Source: Nitrospirota bacterium
Lineage (GTDB): Bacteria; Nitrospirota; JACRHJ01
Length of the DNA stretch: 64,000 nt
Reading direction: 5' to 3'
Assembly: GCA_049801375.1 (NCBI GenBank)
Contig: JBARKJ010000073.1
Location: forward strand, 6,597-70,596
Both the position numbers and the translations under genes were made by a program. The notes under the pieces were generated by a model. It had not been told where the DNA came from. It worked only from the letters and a program-made list of their open reading frames with translations, and ran no database searches. Shown piece after piece: positions 41,142 through 51,063 of the stretch; the stretch's first letter is position 1; each line of letters starts with the position of its first letter.

Positions 41142-42399
41142 TTTTCTCATACATGTCTTCGTCCGAGCAGACTATCAGCGCCTTCCCGTCCTTGAATGCC
41201 GCCCAGACGCGCTCCCTGCGGAAATAAAGCGTGATTATCGACCCGAACATGACGATGCAGGAGGCGATAAGGGCCAACATGGCGCTTGGGTCGCGGTTAA
41301 TGTCGAATACGCTGTATGAAAAGGTTTCCATGTCGGCGAACTTGATATCCACATCCGGGTCCCGGAGCGTGTTCCTCTCCGGCATCTTCAGGAAAAGCCA
41401 GCCGGAACTTCTGGGTTTGCCGTTCTCCATCACGGTCAGCATGACCGCCGGGTTCGCCAGGTCATCCGATTTAGAAACGGGCTCACCTGTTTCGTCCAGC
41501 GCGAAATCACTTATGAAATTGTCTATACGAAGCCTGTAAGGAGTCCTCTGTAGTTCGGTGTATTCGGCTCCTTTTGGAATTCTCAAGTACCCGCCGGTCT
41601 TGACGGATTTCACCGATACCTGAAGGACGATGCCGTTAAAATCCTGCCCGAAGTCACGCTGGTATATCGCCCCGCCGCCCACGAACATCGGCCTGTTGGC
41701 GCCGGCGAAGCCATTTTTTATCACGCTGCCGTCTTCCTTTAATGCGGTCAGTTCGCTTCCGTAGTCCTTGAGGCTTCCGTCATTACGGTAGTCCATGCGC
41801 ACCTTGTCCAGCCGGATATAATAATTTCCTTCCGGGGCCTTCACCGTCTCTCCCTCGTTTATCCTGATGCCGGAATGCCTGTACCCCGTCAGGCCGCTTA
41901 ACAGATGCGCCGCCAATACCAGCAGTACGCCGGCATGAATGACGTACGGGACAAACGGGAGCCAGCGGTTCTTTTCCGCGAAAAGAAGGCCGTCTTTGGC
42001 GAAGACTTGATATCTTTCCTTTGACAGCCTTGCCGATAACTCCACCTCCGAAAGCTCCACCGCGATTCCTTTTTCTCCGCCCGCCTGGATTTCCCGGAGG
42101 TTAGAGAGCGGCTCCTTGTATCTTTTTATGACTTTGGGCAGGCGCTGGACAGTGCAGACGAATGTGTTTATTCCGAAAAGTGTTACGATGAAGACCAGCA
42201 GGAATAGCCACCACGACTGTGAGAGGTGCTGTAAGCCCACTGAAAGCAGGAACGGGAAGAACAGATGCATATCCATGTCCCCGTAAATCTGGGGATGAAA
42301 ATATATAACGAAGGAGCCGTACATGGCGACCGCGACCATCGCAAGCACGAGGTAGACCGTAAGTTTAAGCGAGTTAAAGAATTCCCATAGCTTACTCAA
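41128..42399 (-). CDS. resB: Cytochrome c biogenesis protein ResB/CcsB (system II).
   Basis: 423 aa. N-terminal TM helices, a large periplasmic domain, and a C-terminal TM helix. Confidence 0.8.
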   Translation of the reverse strand: MSKLWEFFNSLKLTVYLVLAMVAVAMYGSFVIYFHPQIYGDMDMHLFFPFLLSVGLQHLSQSWWLFLLVFIVTLFGINTFVCTVQRLPKVIKRYKEPLSNLREIQAGGEKGIAVELSEVELSARLSKERYQVFAKDGLLFAEKNRWLPFVPYVIHAGVLLVLAAHLLSGLTGYRHSGIRINEGETVKAPEGNYYIRLDKVRMDYRNDGSLKDYGSELTALKEDGSVIKNGFAGANRPMFVGGGAIYQRDFGQDFNGIVLQVSVKSVKTGGYLRIPKGAEYTELQRTPYRLRIDNFISDFALDETGEPVSKSDDLANPAVMLTVMENGKPRSSGWLFLKMPERNTLRDPDVDIKFADMETFSYSVFDINRDPSAMLALIASCIVMFGSIITLYFRRERVWAAFKDGKALIVCSDEDMYEKISFR

Positions 42400-42411
42400 A
42401 GACCGCGCCCC

Positions 42412-43191
42412 TTAAAGCTGGTGAGTGTTCTTCATGAAAATGCCCACGCCGATGTATGTGAACATGGTTATGGCGAACCCCAGAATGGAAAGCCATGCGA
42501 CCCCCCTGCCCCGGAGCTTCTTAACGTAAAAGGAGTGCAGGAAACCGGCATAGAAAATCCATATAAGGAACGACCACATCTCCTTCACCTTCCAGAGCCA
42601 GTAAGTCCCCCAGGCGAGGTATGCCCAGATGCCGCCTATTACCATGGATATCGTAAACAGAATGTAGCCGTAGTAGGCTGTGCGGAAGATAAGTTTTTCA
42701 AGCCCTCTCCCGGCCTCCGCCTTGGAGACGAGATAGAGCACCGCGCCGGCGAAAGAGGCCCCGAAAAAGGCATATCCCACGAAGGCGGATGCGACATGCG
42801 TAGAGAACATCCATGTATCGAGGGCGGGATACAGAGGCGTAATCTCGCTGGGAGAAATGTAAACCAGGACCATCACGAGCGATGCTATTGGCAGTAGGAA
42901 ATACCCGACGCGGAACTCTTTATAGCGGACTCTGACATACCAGTAAACGAAGCCGATGGACCACGCAAAGGAGGCAAGGGATTCATACCTGTTGGCCATG
43001 GGCGCGTGGCCGGACTTCATGCTGCGGGCGGCAAGCGATACCGTCATGGCTGCCAGGTACAAAAGCGCCAGCGCTTCGGCAACCAGAAGGACTGGCTTCT
43101 TTGCCATAGCCAGGCGGAGCAGGAATGCCAGCGCCGCGCCTATCGATAACCACAGGGCCGCCTCCCGCGCGAACGACTCAAGATCAAACAA
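42412..43191 (-). CDS. ccsA: Cytochrome c biogenesis protein CcsA/ResC (system II heme-handling).
   Basis: Trp-rich WWD-like motif (AWGTYWLWKVKEMWSFLIW) and conserved His residues. The proposed TTG start at 43191 lies just after the stop of the upstream small ORF. The track ORF extends to 43398 with a hydrophilic N-terminus, which is judged spurious. Confidence 0.7.
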   Translation of the reverse strand: MFDLESFAREAALWLSIGAALAFLLRLAMAKKPVLLVAEALALLYLAAMTVSLAARSMKSGHAPMANRYESLASFAWSIGFVYWYVRVRYKEFRVGYFLLPIASLVMVLVYISPSEITPLYPALDTWMFSTHVASAFVGYAFFGASFAGAVLYLVSKAEAGRGLEKLIFRTAYYGYILFTISMVIGGIWAYLAWGTYWLWKVKEMWSFLIWIFYAGFLHSFYVKKLRGRGVAWLSILGFAITMFTYIGVGIFMKNTHQL

Positions 43192-43193
43192 CG

Positions 43194-43460
43194 CTATGGC
43201 TGCCTTCCCGGCTTGGCAGGTTTGGGAATAAAGGAGTAGTTTTGCAGTTCTTTCTGATTTTTTTTGCGCCAGACGGAGTGCTCCTTCAGCCAGATTGAAT
43301 AGTTTTCCTGGCCGGCAATGCCATGCGCTTGCATAAATGTCCCCTGATTGATCGGCTTCGAGTTCAGTGCCGGACATGCCGTCTCGGACAGGACCCACGA
43401 AGAATGCATGAAAAGACCGAGGGTGACAAGCAGGAGCATAAATTTCAAAAAGTTTTTCAT
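43194..43460 (-). CDS. Small secreted protein of unknown function.
   Basis: 88 aa with a clear signal peptide (MKNFLKFMLLLVTLGLFMHSSWVLSETA). Lies between copA and ccsA on the same strand. Confidence 0.45.
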   Translation of the reverse strand: MKNFLKFMLLLVTLGLFMHSSWVLSETACPALNSKPINQGTFMQAHGIAGQENYSIWLKEHSVWRKKNQKELQNYSFIPKPAKPGRQP

Positions 43461-43547
43461 TACCTTACCTATAATGATTGATTTAACAATTAATTGCGAC
43501 CTGGAAAATATTAATACAGAAGGGGAAATTATTCAAGAAAAAACGCG

Positions 43548-45770
43548 TCAGGCGCGCCTTAAACGAAGAGAGTTAGTGACGACGGAAACGGATGACAGCG
43601 CCATCGCGGCGGCGGCCATAACGGGTTTTAAGAGGATGCCAAAGAACGGGTACAGCGCCCCCGCAGCCATCGGGATTCCGACGGTATTATAGAAAAACGC
43701 CCAGAAAAGGTTCTGCTTTATCGTCCTGAGCGTCTTTCGGCTGATCTCCAGTGCGTCCGCCGCCTTGGTAAGTTCCGGCCGGATCAGCAATATGTCGGAA
43801 GCCTCTATGGCGACATCCGTACCCGTCCCGACCGCAATGCCTATGTCCGCACGGGCCAGTGCGGGCGCGTCGTTTATGCCGTCCCCCACCATCGCTACTA
43901 TTTTCCCCTGCGCCTGGAGCTCCGCAACAGCCTTTTCTTTTCTGTCCGGAAGCACTCCCCAAATTATCTTTTCAATGCCCACCTTGCGTGCTACCGCCCG
44001 GGCCGCAAGTTCAGTGTCACCCGTCAGCATGATGACGTCCAGCCCCAGGGCCTTTAGCCTCCGGACCCCATCTGCGGAGCCTTCCTTTATGCCGTCGGCG
44101 ATTGCGATCAGTCCGACCGGCTTTCCATTTTTTGCGACGAATATGGAAGTATATCCCTCCTTGGCAAAACCGACCTCGGCGTCCTCGAATCTCCCGGTTT
44201 TCACCCCTCTCTCTGCCATCAGGCGGGCATTTCCGATGAGAATGTCTTCATTGCCGACTTTCGCTCGCGCACCGTAACCCGGCAGCGCTTCAAATCCTTC
44301 CGCCGGAGAAAGTGCCAGCTTTTCCTCGCGCGCCTTCTCCGTGACCGCCTGCGCCACGGGGTGCTCGGAATAATTTTCTACCGACGCGGCCAGGGCAAGA
44401 AAATCCTCATCCCCTTCATCCAGCATCTCAATTGCCATCACCCGGGGCTTGCCCTCAGTAACCGTCCCGGTTTTATCCAGCACTATAACATCAGCCTTTG
44501 CAAACCGCTCCAGGACGTCTCCGCCCCGGAAAATTATACCTTTCTCGGCGGCCCTTCCGGTTCCGACCATTATCGCGGTAGGAGTGGCAAGCCCCATCGC
44601 GCATGGGCAGGCGATTATAAGAACTGCAATAAAAGCCAGCAGGGCGAAGGTAAATCCCGCCCCCGCGGCAAGCCAGGCTCCAAAGGCTATGAATGCGGCC
44701 ACAATGACCGCCGGGACAAAATAGGCCGCCACTGTATCCGCCAGTCTCTGTATAGGCGCTTTAGCGCCCTGAGCCTCTTCCACCAGCCTTATTATCCCGG
44801 CCAATACCGTATCTTTTCCTACCTTTTCGGCCTTAAACCTGAAACTTCCCGTTAAGTTCAGCGTCCCGCCGAACACCCTGTAGCCATCGCTCTTTTCGAC
44901 AGGCAGGCTTTCGCCGGTAAGCATGGACTCGTCCAAAGACGAGAAACCGGCAATAACAGTCCCATCTACGGGCACTTTTTCGCCTGGACGAACCACAACC
45001 TCGTCGCCCGGCATCACGTCTTCCGCGGATATCTCAACCTCGCGTCCGTCCCGTACTACGCGCGCTGTTCGGGGAGAAAGCTTCATCATCCGCTTCACCG
45101 CTTCGGACGCCCTGCCCCGGGAGCGTGCTTCGAGAAACTTTCCGATTAAGATAAGGGCGATTATCATCGCGGAGGTATCGTAATACACGGCATCGCCATA
45201 TTCAGCGAAAGCGGCCGGGAAAAAGGTGATGACCGCGCTGTAGAAATAGGCCGCGGACGTGCCGGTCGCTATCAGGACGTCCATATTAGCACTCCCGTGG
45301 GAGAGGGTGCTCCACGCGCCTTTGTAGAACCTCCAGCCTGCCCAGAACTGCACGGGCGTCGCCAGCGCGAAAAGGATTATATTTAGAACCGGGTGGGATA
45401 CGGGAAGCTGATATGCCCCGTGGAAAGACGCGGCCATGATTATGGCGCTTAAGGCTACGCTGACTGTGACTTTAATCTTAAGCTCGTGAAGTCCTTCTTC
45501 CTCCCTTGCTTCCTTGACCTCCGGCGCGGCCTCCTCTTTCTCAAGTACCTGGTATCCCGCTTTTAAAACCGCTTCCTTTAATTCGCTTTCGGATATCTCG
45601 CCAGGCACGTATTCGACACGTGCCGTCTCCGCTGCCAAATTTACATTTGCCGCAATCACCCCAGGCCGCTTCTTGAGCGCCCTTTCCACCGCGGCGGAAC
45701 AGGAGGCGCACGTCATGCCGCCGATGTTTATAGTGCTTACAGCGTCCGCTTTTTTATCATTTTCCTGCAT
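43548..45770 (-). CDS. copA: Copper-translocating P1B-type ATPase.
   Basis: N-terminal HMA domain (GMTCASC), TM CPC motif ([10 protein letters not shown]), DKTGT phosphorylation site, GDGINDAP. Confidence 0.95.
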   Translation of the reverse strand: MQENDKKADAVSTINIGGMTCASCSAAVERALKKRPGVIAANVNLAAETARVEYVPGEISESELKEAVLKAGYQVLEKEEAAPEVKEAREEEGLHELKIKVTVSVALSAIIMAASFHGAYQLPVSHPVLNIILFALATPVQFWAGWRFYKGAWSTLSHGSANMDVLIATGTSAAYFYSAVITFFPAAFAEYGDAVYYDTSAMIIALILIGKFLEARSRGRASEAVKRMMKLSPRTARVVRDGREVEISAEDVMPGDEVVVRPGEKVPVDGTVIAGFSSLDESMLTGESLPVEKSDGYRVFGGTLNLTGSFRFKAEKVGKDTVLAGIIRLVEEAQGAKAPIQRLADTVAAYFVPAVIVAAFIAFGAWLAAGAGFTFALLAFIAVLIIACPCAMGLATPTAIMVGTGRAAEKGIIFRGGDVLERFAKADVIVLDKTGTVTEGKPRVMAIEMLDEGDEDFLALAASVENYSEHPVAQAVTEKAREEKLALSPAEGFEALPGYGARAKVGNEDILIGNARLMAERGVKTGRFEDAEVGFAKEGYTSIFVAKNGKPVGLIAIADGIKEGSADGVRRLKALGLDVIMLTGDTELAARAVARKVGIEKIIWGVLPDRKEKAVAELQAQGKIVAMVGDGINDAPALARADIGIAVGTGTDVAIEASDILLIRPELTKAADALEISRKTLRTIKQNLFWAFFYNTVGIPMAAGALYPFFGILLKPVMAAAAMALSSVSVVTNSLRLRRA

Positions 45771-45803
45771 AATTTTATTCTAATCATTCCCCTTCGCCAC
45801 GGC

Positions 45804-45835
45804 AATAAAAAAAGAAGGGGCCCTGGAAGGCCCCT
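45804..45835 (-). terminator. Intrinsic terminator downstream of ytxH.
   Basis: On the minus strand: 7-bp GC stem (aggggcc/ggcccct) with a 6-nt loop, followed by cUUUUUUUaUUG. Confidence 0.6.
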
Positions 45836-45859
45836 GATTTAAGATTATTTTTTCAAGTG

Positions 45860-46177
45860 TTATTTCAAATGGGACTGGAGACGGGTTTTTTCCTCTTCCA
45901 TCGCCCTTTTACCGGATTCTATCGCACTCTGGAGCACCGGTTTTTTCTCTTCTATATAATCCCGTCCGCGGCTTAAGGTATCCGCGATTTTAAGCTTCGC
46001 GCTCTGGCCCGCCGTCAAGATTTTATCTTTGGCGTCGCCCGCTATTTCGCTTATCTTCTCCCTGGTCTCGCGCCCGGACTGCGGGGCCGTCAGAAGCGCG
46101 ACTCCGGCACCTACTATCCCGCCTACAAGGAAAGAAAGAACAATAGAGCCCGTGGAAAAATTCTTCTCTTCGTACAT
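45860..46177 (-). CDS. YtxH-like membrane-anchored stress protein.
   Basis: N-terminal GxxxGAxxxLLxAPxSGxExR helix typical of YtxH. 105 aa. Confidence 0.6.
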   Translation of the reverse strand: MYEEKNFSTGSIVLSFLVGGIVGAGVALLTAPQSGRETREKISEIAGDAKDKILTAGQSAKLKIADTLSRGRDYIEEKKPVLQSAIESGKRAMEEEKTRLQSHLK

Positions 46178-46590
46178 TACGCGACCTCCTTCTTTTTCCG
46201 TAACCCGATGTTTTCGACCAATGTCTGTACCCCGACCTTTACGCCTACGAGGTACGCCGCCGCATCTATCAACGACCCCCTTATCTTCTCGTCTACTATG
46301 GCGTTTATCCCGTTTACCGTGCCGGTTACCTCTTCGACCGTCCCCTCGATTTTTTCAACTCCTGACTTGGCTATTGCGACTACTTCGTTCACCTCGTCGA
46401 CCGTATTTCTGACCGAGCTTACTAACGGCAATATCTCCGTGTTTATCAACGTCTTGACTGACGTATTAAGGTCGTTTAGAGTGGACTCCACCGATTTCAG
46501 CGTCCGCATCAGCTGGAACATAGCCGGTATAAGCGCCAAGACTGCGACCGCGAAAGCGATGGCTATTATTAAAATCGCCGCTGGAATCAT
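46177..46590 (-). CDS. DUF948-family membrane-anchored protein (general-stress associated).
   Basis: N-terminal TM helix followed by a coiled-coil-like region rich in V/E/T, as in DUF948. Its stop overlaps the ytxH start by 1 nt. Confidence 0.55.
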   Translation of the reverse strand: MIPAAILIIAIAFAVAVLALIPAMFQLMRTLKSVESTLNDLNTSVKTLINTEILPLVSSVRNTVDEVNEVVAIAKSGVEKIEGTVEEVTGTVNGINAIVDEKIRGSLIDAAAYLVGVKVGVQTLVENIGLRKKKEVA

Positions 46591-46619
46591 TCAACGCCTC
46601 CCTTACTTTTAAATATACA

Positions 46620-47066
46620 TCAAACGGGCCGTATTAACAAGACGGCGCAGTGTGCTCTCCTGGCCACTGATTCGGCGACGCTTCCCAGGAGAAGCCTGTT
46701 TAAGCCCCTCCTGCCGTGCGTGCCCATGACAATCAGGTCCACCCCTTTTTCCTTTGCTAAGCTTATAATCTCGTCGTGTACGTCACCTTCCTTCACCAGC
46801 GTTTCCGGCTGAACTCCATGCGATGCGGCTTTTTGCTTCAGGGCAGTCATCAGCTTGTCCGCATGCTCCCGGAAAGCCTCACGCATCACCTCCACGTTCG
46901 CCATCGCGGCTTCAGGATCGGGAATGGCCAGGACGGCGATGTCCAGGGCATAAAGTAGCGTCACCTTTGAGCCGAGTTTGGATGCAAGGAGGAAGCCCTG
47001 CTCCGCGGCGAGGTTGGATACCTCACTCCCGTCCACAGGGATTAAGATGTTATCGTACATAATCAA
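46620..47066 (-). CDS. Universal stress protein (UspA family).
   Basis: 148 aa. ILIPVDGSE N-terminus. ATP-binding C-terminal motif GTHGRRGLNRLLLGSVAESV. Confidence 0.85.
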   Translation of the reverse strand: MIMYDNILIPVDGSEVSNLAAEQGFLLASKLGSKVTLLYALDIAVLAIPDPEAAMANVEVMREAFREHADKLMTALKQKAASHGVQPETLVKEGDVHDEIISLAKEKGVDLIVMGTHGRRGLNRLLLGSVAESVARRAHCAVLLIRPV

Positions 47067-47144
47067 TTTATAACAGATGGACAGAATTTAGTAAAGAAAG
47101 CCTTTTTGATGTTATATTTAAAAGGAGGGTAAAATGAGGGGACT

Positions 47145-47591
47145 ATGCCACACTTTGGGCTGATGGACGAATACAAGATGGAGCCGCACGAGGCGGCTCT
47201 TATGCGCGCAAGGCTCCATATTCGGAGCGGCATGAGAAGGCTGCGTCAGGGCATGCTGAAAGAAGGTCTGTTCACACTTTATGATTCGCTCTATTCCGGG
47301 ATGAGGTTCTATATACTTTCACCCGAAAATAAGGACAGGTTCGACGGGGCGGAAGGCATTCAGCGGACGGAGGAGATGGCTTTATATAAATTGCTCCGGA
47401 ATGCGGGAGCGGTGGACAGCTCGTTCGATTTCGATTCGTTTTTTGACTTAATGGAAAAGTTGATAGACGGGGTCGATGTTGAAATCAACAGCGCGGAAGC
47501 GCTGAAGGGCTATGACAAGATAATGACCCAACTCGGCGTAATGCCGTTCGACGAGTCTGCCCTCCCGCCGGAGAACCCGAAGACGCCTTGA
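47145..47591 (+). CDS. Hypothetical protein, divergent from uspA.
   Basis: 148 aa with no recognisable motifs. Retained only because it has reasonable codon composition and fills an otherwise empty gap. Confidence 0.3.
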   Translation: MPHFGLMDEYKMEPHEAALMRARLHIRSGMRRLRQGMLKEGLFTLYDSLYSGMRFYILSPENKDRFDGAEGIQRTEEMALYKLLRNAGAVDSSFDFDSFFDLMEKLIDGVDVEINSAEALKGYDKIMTQLGVMPFDESALPPENPKTP

Positions 47592-47601
47592 TCATATCTA
47601 T

Positions 47602-48441
47602 TTACAGATTTTCTTTGGTAAAAAGGATACCGCTTACGACCTCGGCAGGTTTGCCAAAGGGACCCATTTTCTTGCCGTTCAATTCGGCGGTGACTCCGCC
47701 CCCATTTCCCAGGGTCAGGACAATCTCGTCGTCCGCCTTGATCTCCAGGACCCCTCCCTTTTTTAAAGTCCCGTTCATCCTTCTGGACTTGTCTGCCCTG
47801 TAGGAGTAATAGCTGTCCGCGGCCGCGAAAAGTTTCAGTAAAAGCGGGCCTGTCTTTTGTACTGGCTTCTGCACCTGCGGCGCGTCGGCAGTATGCGGCT
47901 TAAAAGAAGTCGCATTTTTTAAGGCGGTAGTAGTCGGCGTCTGTACCGGCGGGACGGGGGCATTCCTGAAGGCTGCGGGCGGGGAAGGAGGCTGTAATTC
48001 CAGCGGCTTCACTTTAGGAGTCAGCAGGAGCATTATCCCCGTTATAGCCGCACCGAGGATGATTCCTCCAATGATTATCAGGTAAATCGGATTTTTTTTC
48101 TTGCCAGGCTTTTCCGCGCCAGACGGATGCCTTCTGCGGGATATGCTTATGAGAGAGGGCTTTGGATGGTGCTGTACCTCTCCGCCCTCAGGCGTCTGCA
48201 CCTCTTTCTGGGGGAAAAGCTCCCTGTACCGTGCCATTACATCCTTGACGTTCAGGCCCAGTTCTTTCGAGTAAGTCCGCAGGAAGCCGACTACAAAGAC
48301 CTCGCCGGGAATAACGGAATAATCGTCTTCCTCGAGCGCCTTCAGGAAGGTGTGGCTTATCCTCGTCTTTTCAGCGATCTCGGTGAGGGAAAGACCTTTC
48401 GCCTCCCTCGCCGCCTTGAGTTCTTCACCGATAGTGGGCAT
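47602..48441 (-). CDS. rodZ: Cytoskeleton protein RodZ-like.
   Basis: N-terminal XRE-type HTH (LSLTEIAEKTRISHTFLKALE), a central TM helix, a Pro-rich linker, and a C-terminal DUF4115-like domain. Confidence 0.7.
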   Translation of the reverse strand: MPTIGEELKAAREAKGLSLTEIAEKTRISHTFLKALEEDDYSVIPGEVFVVGFLRTYSKELGLNVKDVMARYRELFPQKEVQTPEGGEVQHHPKPSLISISRRRHPSGAEKPGKKKNPIYLIIIGGIILGAAITGIMLLLTPKVKPLELQPPSPPAAFRNAPVPPVQTPTTTALKNATSFKPHTADAPQVQKPVQKTGPLLLKLFAAADSYYSYRADKSRRMNGTLKKGGVLEIKADDEIVLTLGNGGGVTAELNGKKMGPFGKPAEVVSGILFTKENL

Positions 48442-49185
48442 TTACTTCAATAGGTCCAGATATTTATCGGCCTGCGCCGCAAGGTCCGTATTAGGCGCCA
48501 ACTGTTTTGCCTTTTCCAGGCTCTCTTCCGCCGCCGCACTTTTGCCCTGCTTAAAGTATATCAACCCGAGGTCGAAATACGGCTGTGGGTTTTTCGGCGC
48601 GGCTTCGATGGTCTTCTTATAAAATTTTTCCGCCTCGTCCGTATTGTTCATCTTGTTGTATTGGTCGGCAAGACTATACATTGCGGCCACGTTATCAGGC
48701 GTCGCCAGCAGTGCTTCCCGGAAAGACTTTGCCGCGGCTTCGTGGTCGCCGATGGTGTCATAGACATATCCCAGGTTGACCAGCGCCTGGTCCTTCGTCG
48801 GGTAGACCGGGTTATCTATTGCCTTCCTGATTTCCTTTATCGCGTCAGGAAAATCCTTTTTCTGCGCGTATACGAGCCCCAGATTATGGTGGCCGTCTCC
48901 AAAATCAGGGTCGATAGATATAGTCGTTTTGAATTCGTCCATGGCCTTGTCGAAGTTTTTCTCCTTGTAATAGATTATCCCGGCCGCGAAATGTGCGTCT
49001 ATGTTTCTGGGGTTCTCCGCTATCGCCATGTTGAATTCATAAAGCGCGGACTCGTCGTTTCCAGACTCCATCCGGTTCAACCCGCTCTTGTAGTGCGACA
49101 GGGATTCCTGGACTTTAGTCGGACCAGTCGCACAGGCGGACAGGAACAGTGCGGCGGCCAGGACAAGATAAAACCGGTTTTTCAT
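48442..49185 (-). CDS. TPR-repeat lipoprotein.
   Basis: Lipobox LSAC. At least five TPR units. Co-directional with rodZ, as PilF/PilW-like TPR proteins often are. Confidence 0.65.
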   Translation of the reverse strand: MKNRFYLVLAAALFLSACATGPTKVQESLSHYKSGLNRMESGNDESALYEFNMAIAENPRNIDAHFAAGIIYYKEKNFDKAMDEFKTTISIDPDFGDGHHNLGLVYAQKKDFPDAIKEIRKAIDNPVYPTKDQALVNLGYVYDTIGDHEAAAKSFREALLATPDNVAAMYSLADQYNKMNNTDEAEKFYKKTIEAAPKNPQPYFDLGLIYFKQGKSAAAEESLEKAKQLAPNTDLAAQADKYLDLLK

Positions 49186-50093
49186 CCTATATCCTCAAAA
49201 GATGTTATTTTCCTGAACTCGCGATAGCGCCCTTCTATTTCCTTGTAGTCCAGGCTTTTCATCCTGTTCAGGCTGAAGTCCTCAACGTTGAAGGAGGCCA
49301 TGACGCTCCCGAAGATTATGGCCTGTCTAAGCGACGCCTCGTCGAAATTCATTACGTTATCCAGATAACCCATGAACCCGCCGGCGAAGCTGTCTCCAGC
49401 TCCGGTGGGATCGAAAACCGCCTCCAACGGATATGCGGGAGCAGAGAATACCCCTCCGGAATTGAACATCACGGAGCCGTACTCGCCCCTCTTCACGATA
49501 AGGGTTTTGGGTCCCATCGCCTGTATCGCCCGCGCCGCCTTCACCAGGTTCGGTTCGCAGGCAAGTTCCCTCGCCTCGGCTTCATTTATCAGCAGTATAT
49601 CCACCTCGGCCAGGGTCTTTATAAGCTCGTCCCTTTTCCCGCCGATCCAGAAGTTCATGGTATCGCAGGCTACCAGCTTCGGCTTGTCTATCTGGTGGAG
49701 CACCTCTCTCTGGAGGACCGGGTCTATGTTTGCCAGAAACACGACTTCCGATGAGCGGTATGCATCCGGGATTTTCGGCTTGAAACTTTCAAACACATTC
49801 AACTGGGTATCAAGCGTCCTGGCTTCGTTTAAATCAAAACCGTACTCGCCCTTCCAGCGGAAGGTCTGGCCCTTGGACTTCTGGAGGCCGGAAACGTCGA
49901 TTTTCCTGCTTTTCAGGAAGTTGACGTGTTTATCGGGGAAATCATCGCCCACCACCGCCACCAAGTTCACGGACGTGAAATAGCTGGCCGCCGTGGAGAA
50001 ATAAGTCGCGGAACCCCCCAGGACTTCGTCTGCCGCCCCGAACGGGGTCTTGACGCTGTCAAACGCTATGGAACCAACCACGAGAAGGCTCAC
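49182..50093 (-). CDS. PfkB-family carbohydrate/nucleoside kinase.
   Basis: Ribokinase-like fold signatures (GG...N N-terminus, DPTGAGDSFAGGF near the C-terminus). Confidence 0.75.
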   Translation of the reverse strand: MSLLVVGSIAFDSVKTPFGAADEVLGGSATYFSTAASYFTSVNLVAVVGDDFPDKHVNFLKSRKIDVSGLQKSKGQTFRWKGEYGFDLNEARTLDTQLNVFESFKPKIPDAYRSSEVVFLANIDPVLQREVLHQIDKPKLVACDTMNFWIGGKRDELIKTLAEVDILLINEAEARELACEPNLVKAARAIQAMGPKTLIVKRGEYGSVMFNSGGVFSAPAYPLEAVFDPTGAGDSFAGGFMGYLDNVMNFDEASLRQAIIFGSVMASFNVEDFSLNRMKSLDYKEIEGRYREFRKITSFEDIG

Positions 50094-50096
50094 CCC

Positions 50097-51020
50097 TTAG
50101 ACCTCCTGTCCCACGTATTTGCCGATGATTATATCGAGCTTGTTTTTAGCCTCTTCAGGTATATGCTCCGCCGGGGTCATTATTGCGTATTTCAAAGACT
50201 CTCCGCACGGACAGGAGCGCGAAACGGGCAGAGACGAGACCGTGATCTGAATGATTTTTTTCGCAGTCTCCACGTTCTTCTTTAAGATAGCGATTACCGC
50301 CTCGACGGTAACATCTTCCTCCGTCTCATGCCAGCAGTCGTAGTCCGTGGCAAGGGCCAGCGTGGAGTAGCATATCTCCGCTTCCCGCGCGAGCTTCGCC
50401 TCGGTGACGTTAGTCATACCGATGACGTCCACTCCCCAGCTACGATATATCCTGGACTCGCCCCTCGACGAGAACTGAGGGCCCTCCATGCAGATGTACG
50501 TCCCGCCCTTGTGCATTTTAGCCCCGGCCTTCAAGCCGGCGTCGTAAAGCGCCTCCGCCAGCTCTGAGCAGACCGGGTCCGCGAACCCGACGTGAGCGAC
50601 TACCCCGCCGCCGAAGAACGTGCTGACCCGGTTTTTAGTCTGGTCATAGAACTGGTCCGGGACGACTATGTCGCCAGGCGCGATAGTTTCTTTCATACTC
50701 CCGACGGCTGAGACGGATATGATGCGCTTGACGCCGAGTTTTTTCATGGCGTAGATGTTCGCCTGATAATTTATTTCCGAGGGAGTGAACCTGTGACCCC
50801 GGCCATGTCTGGGAAGAAACGCCAGCCGTCTGCCTTCCAGCGTTCCCAGGATGAACTCGTCCGACGGCGCTCCGAAAGGAGTATCCACCCGGACGGAGGT
50901 GACATATTTCAGGCCCTCCATGTCGTAAAGGCCGCTTCCGCCTATTACTCCTATTTCCGCTTCAGGCAATTTAATTTCTCCTGTTAAAATACCAACTGAA
51001 ACATCCGGATTATAAGCCAA
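50097..51020 (-). CDS. mtnP: S-methyl-5'-thioadenosine phosphorylase, with a Cys-containing C-terminal extension.
   Basis: PNP/MTAP family (IGVIGGSGLYD, catalytic region). About 30 extra C-terminal residues containing SRSCPCGES. Confidence 0.8.
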   Translation of the reverse strand: MAYNPDVSVGILTGEIKLPEAEIGVIGGSGLYDMEGLKYVTSVRVDTPFGAPSDEFILGTLEGRRLAFLPRHGRGHRFTPSEINYQANIYAMKKLGVKRIISVSAVGSMKETIAPGDIVVPDQFYDQTKNRVSTFFGGGVVAHVGFADPVCSELAEALYDAGLKAGAKMHKGGTYICMEGPQFSSRGESRIYRSWGVDVIGMTNVTEAKLAREAEICYSTLALATDYDCWHETEEDVTVEAVIAILKKNVETAKKIIQITVSSLPVSRSCPCGESLKYAIMTPAEHIPEEAKNKLDIIIGKYVGQEV

Positions 51021-51063
51021 AGGGAGTATTTTGTAAAGGAATTTCGGGTAGTTTTAATAGCTT

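Noticed and set aside
42412-43398. Full-length 328-aa track ORF for ccsA.
   Set aside because: The first ~70 residues are hydrophilic, unconserved, and overlap a well-formed signal-peptide ORF on the same strand. The shorter TTG start at 43191 is preferred.
43461-43560. Intrinsic terminator immediately after copA.
   Set aside because: Only a 4-5-bp CGCG/CGCG stem overlapping the stop codon, followed by U6. Too weak to call, and the downstream small ORF-ccsA-resB may be co-transcribed.
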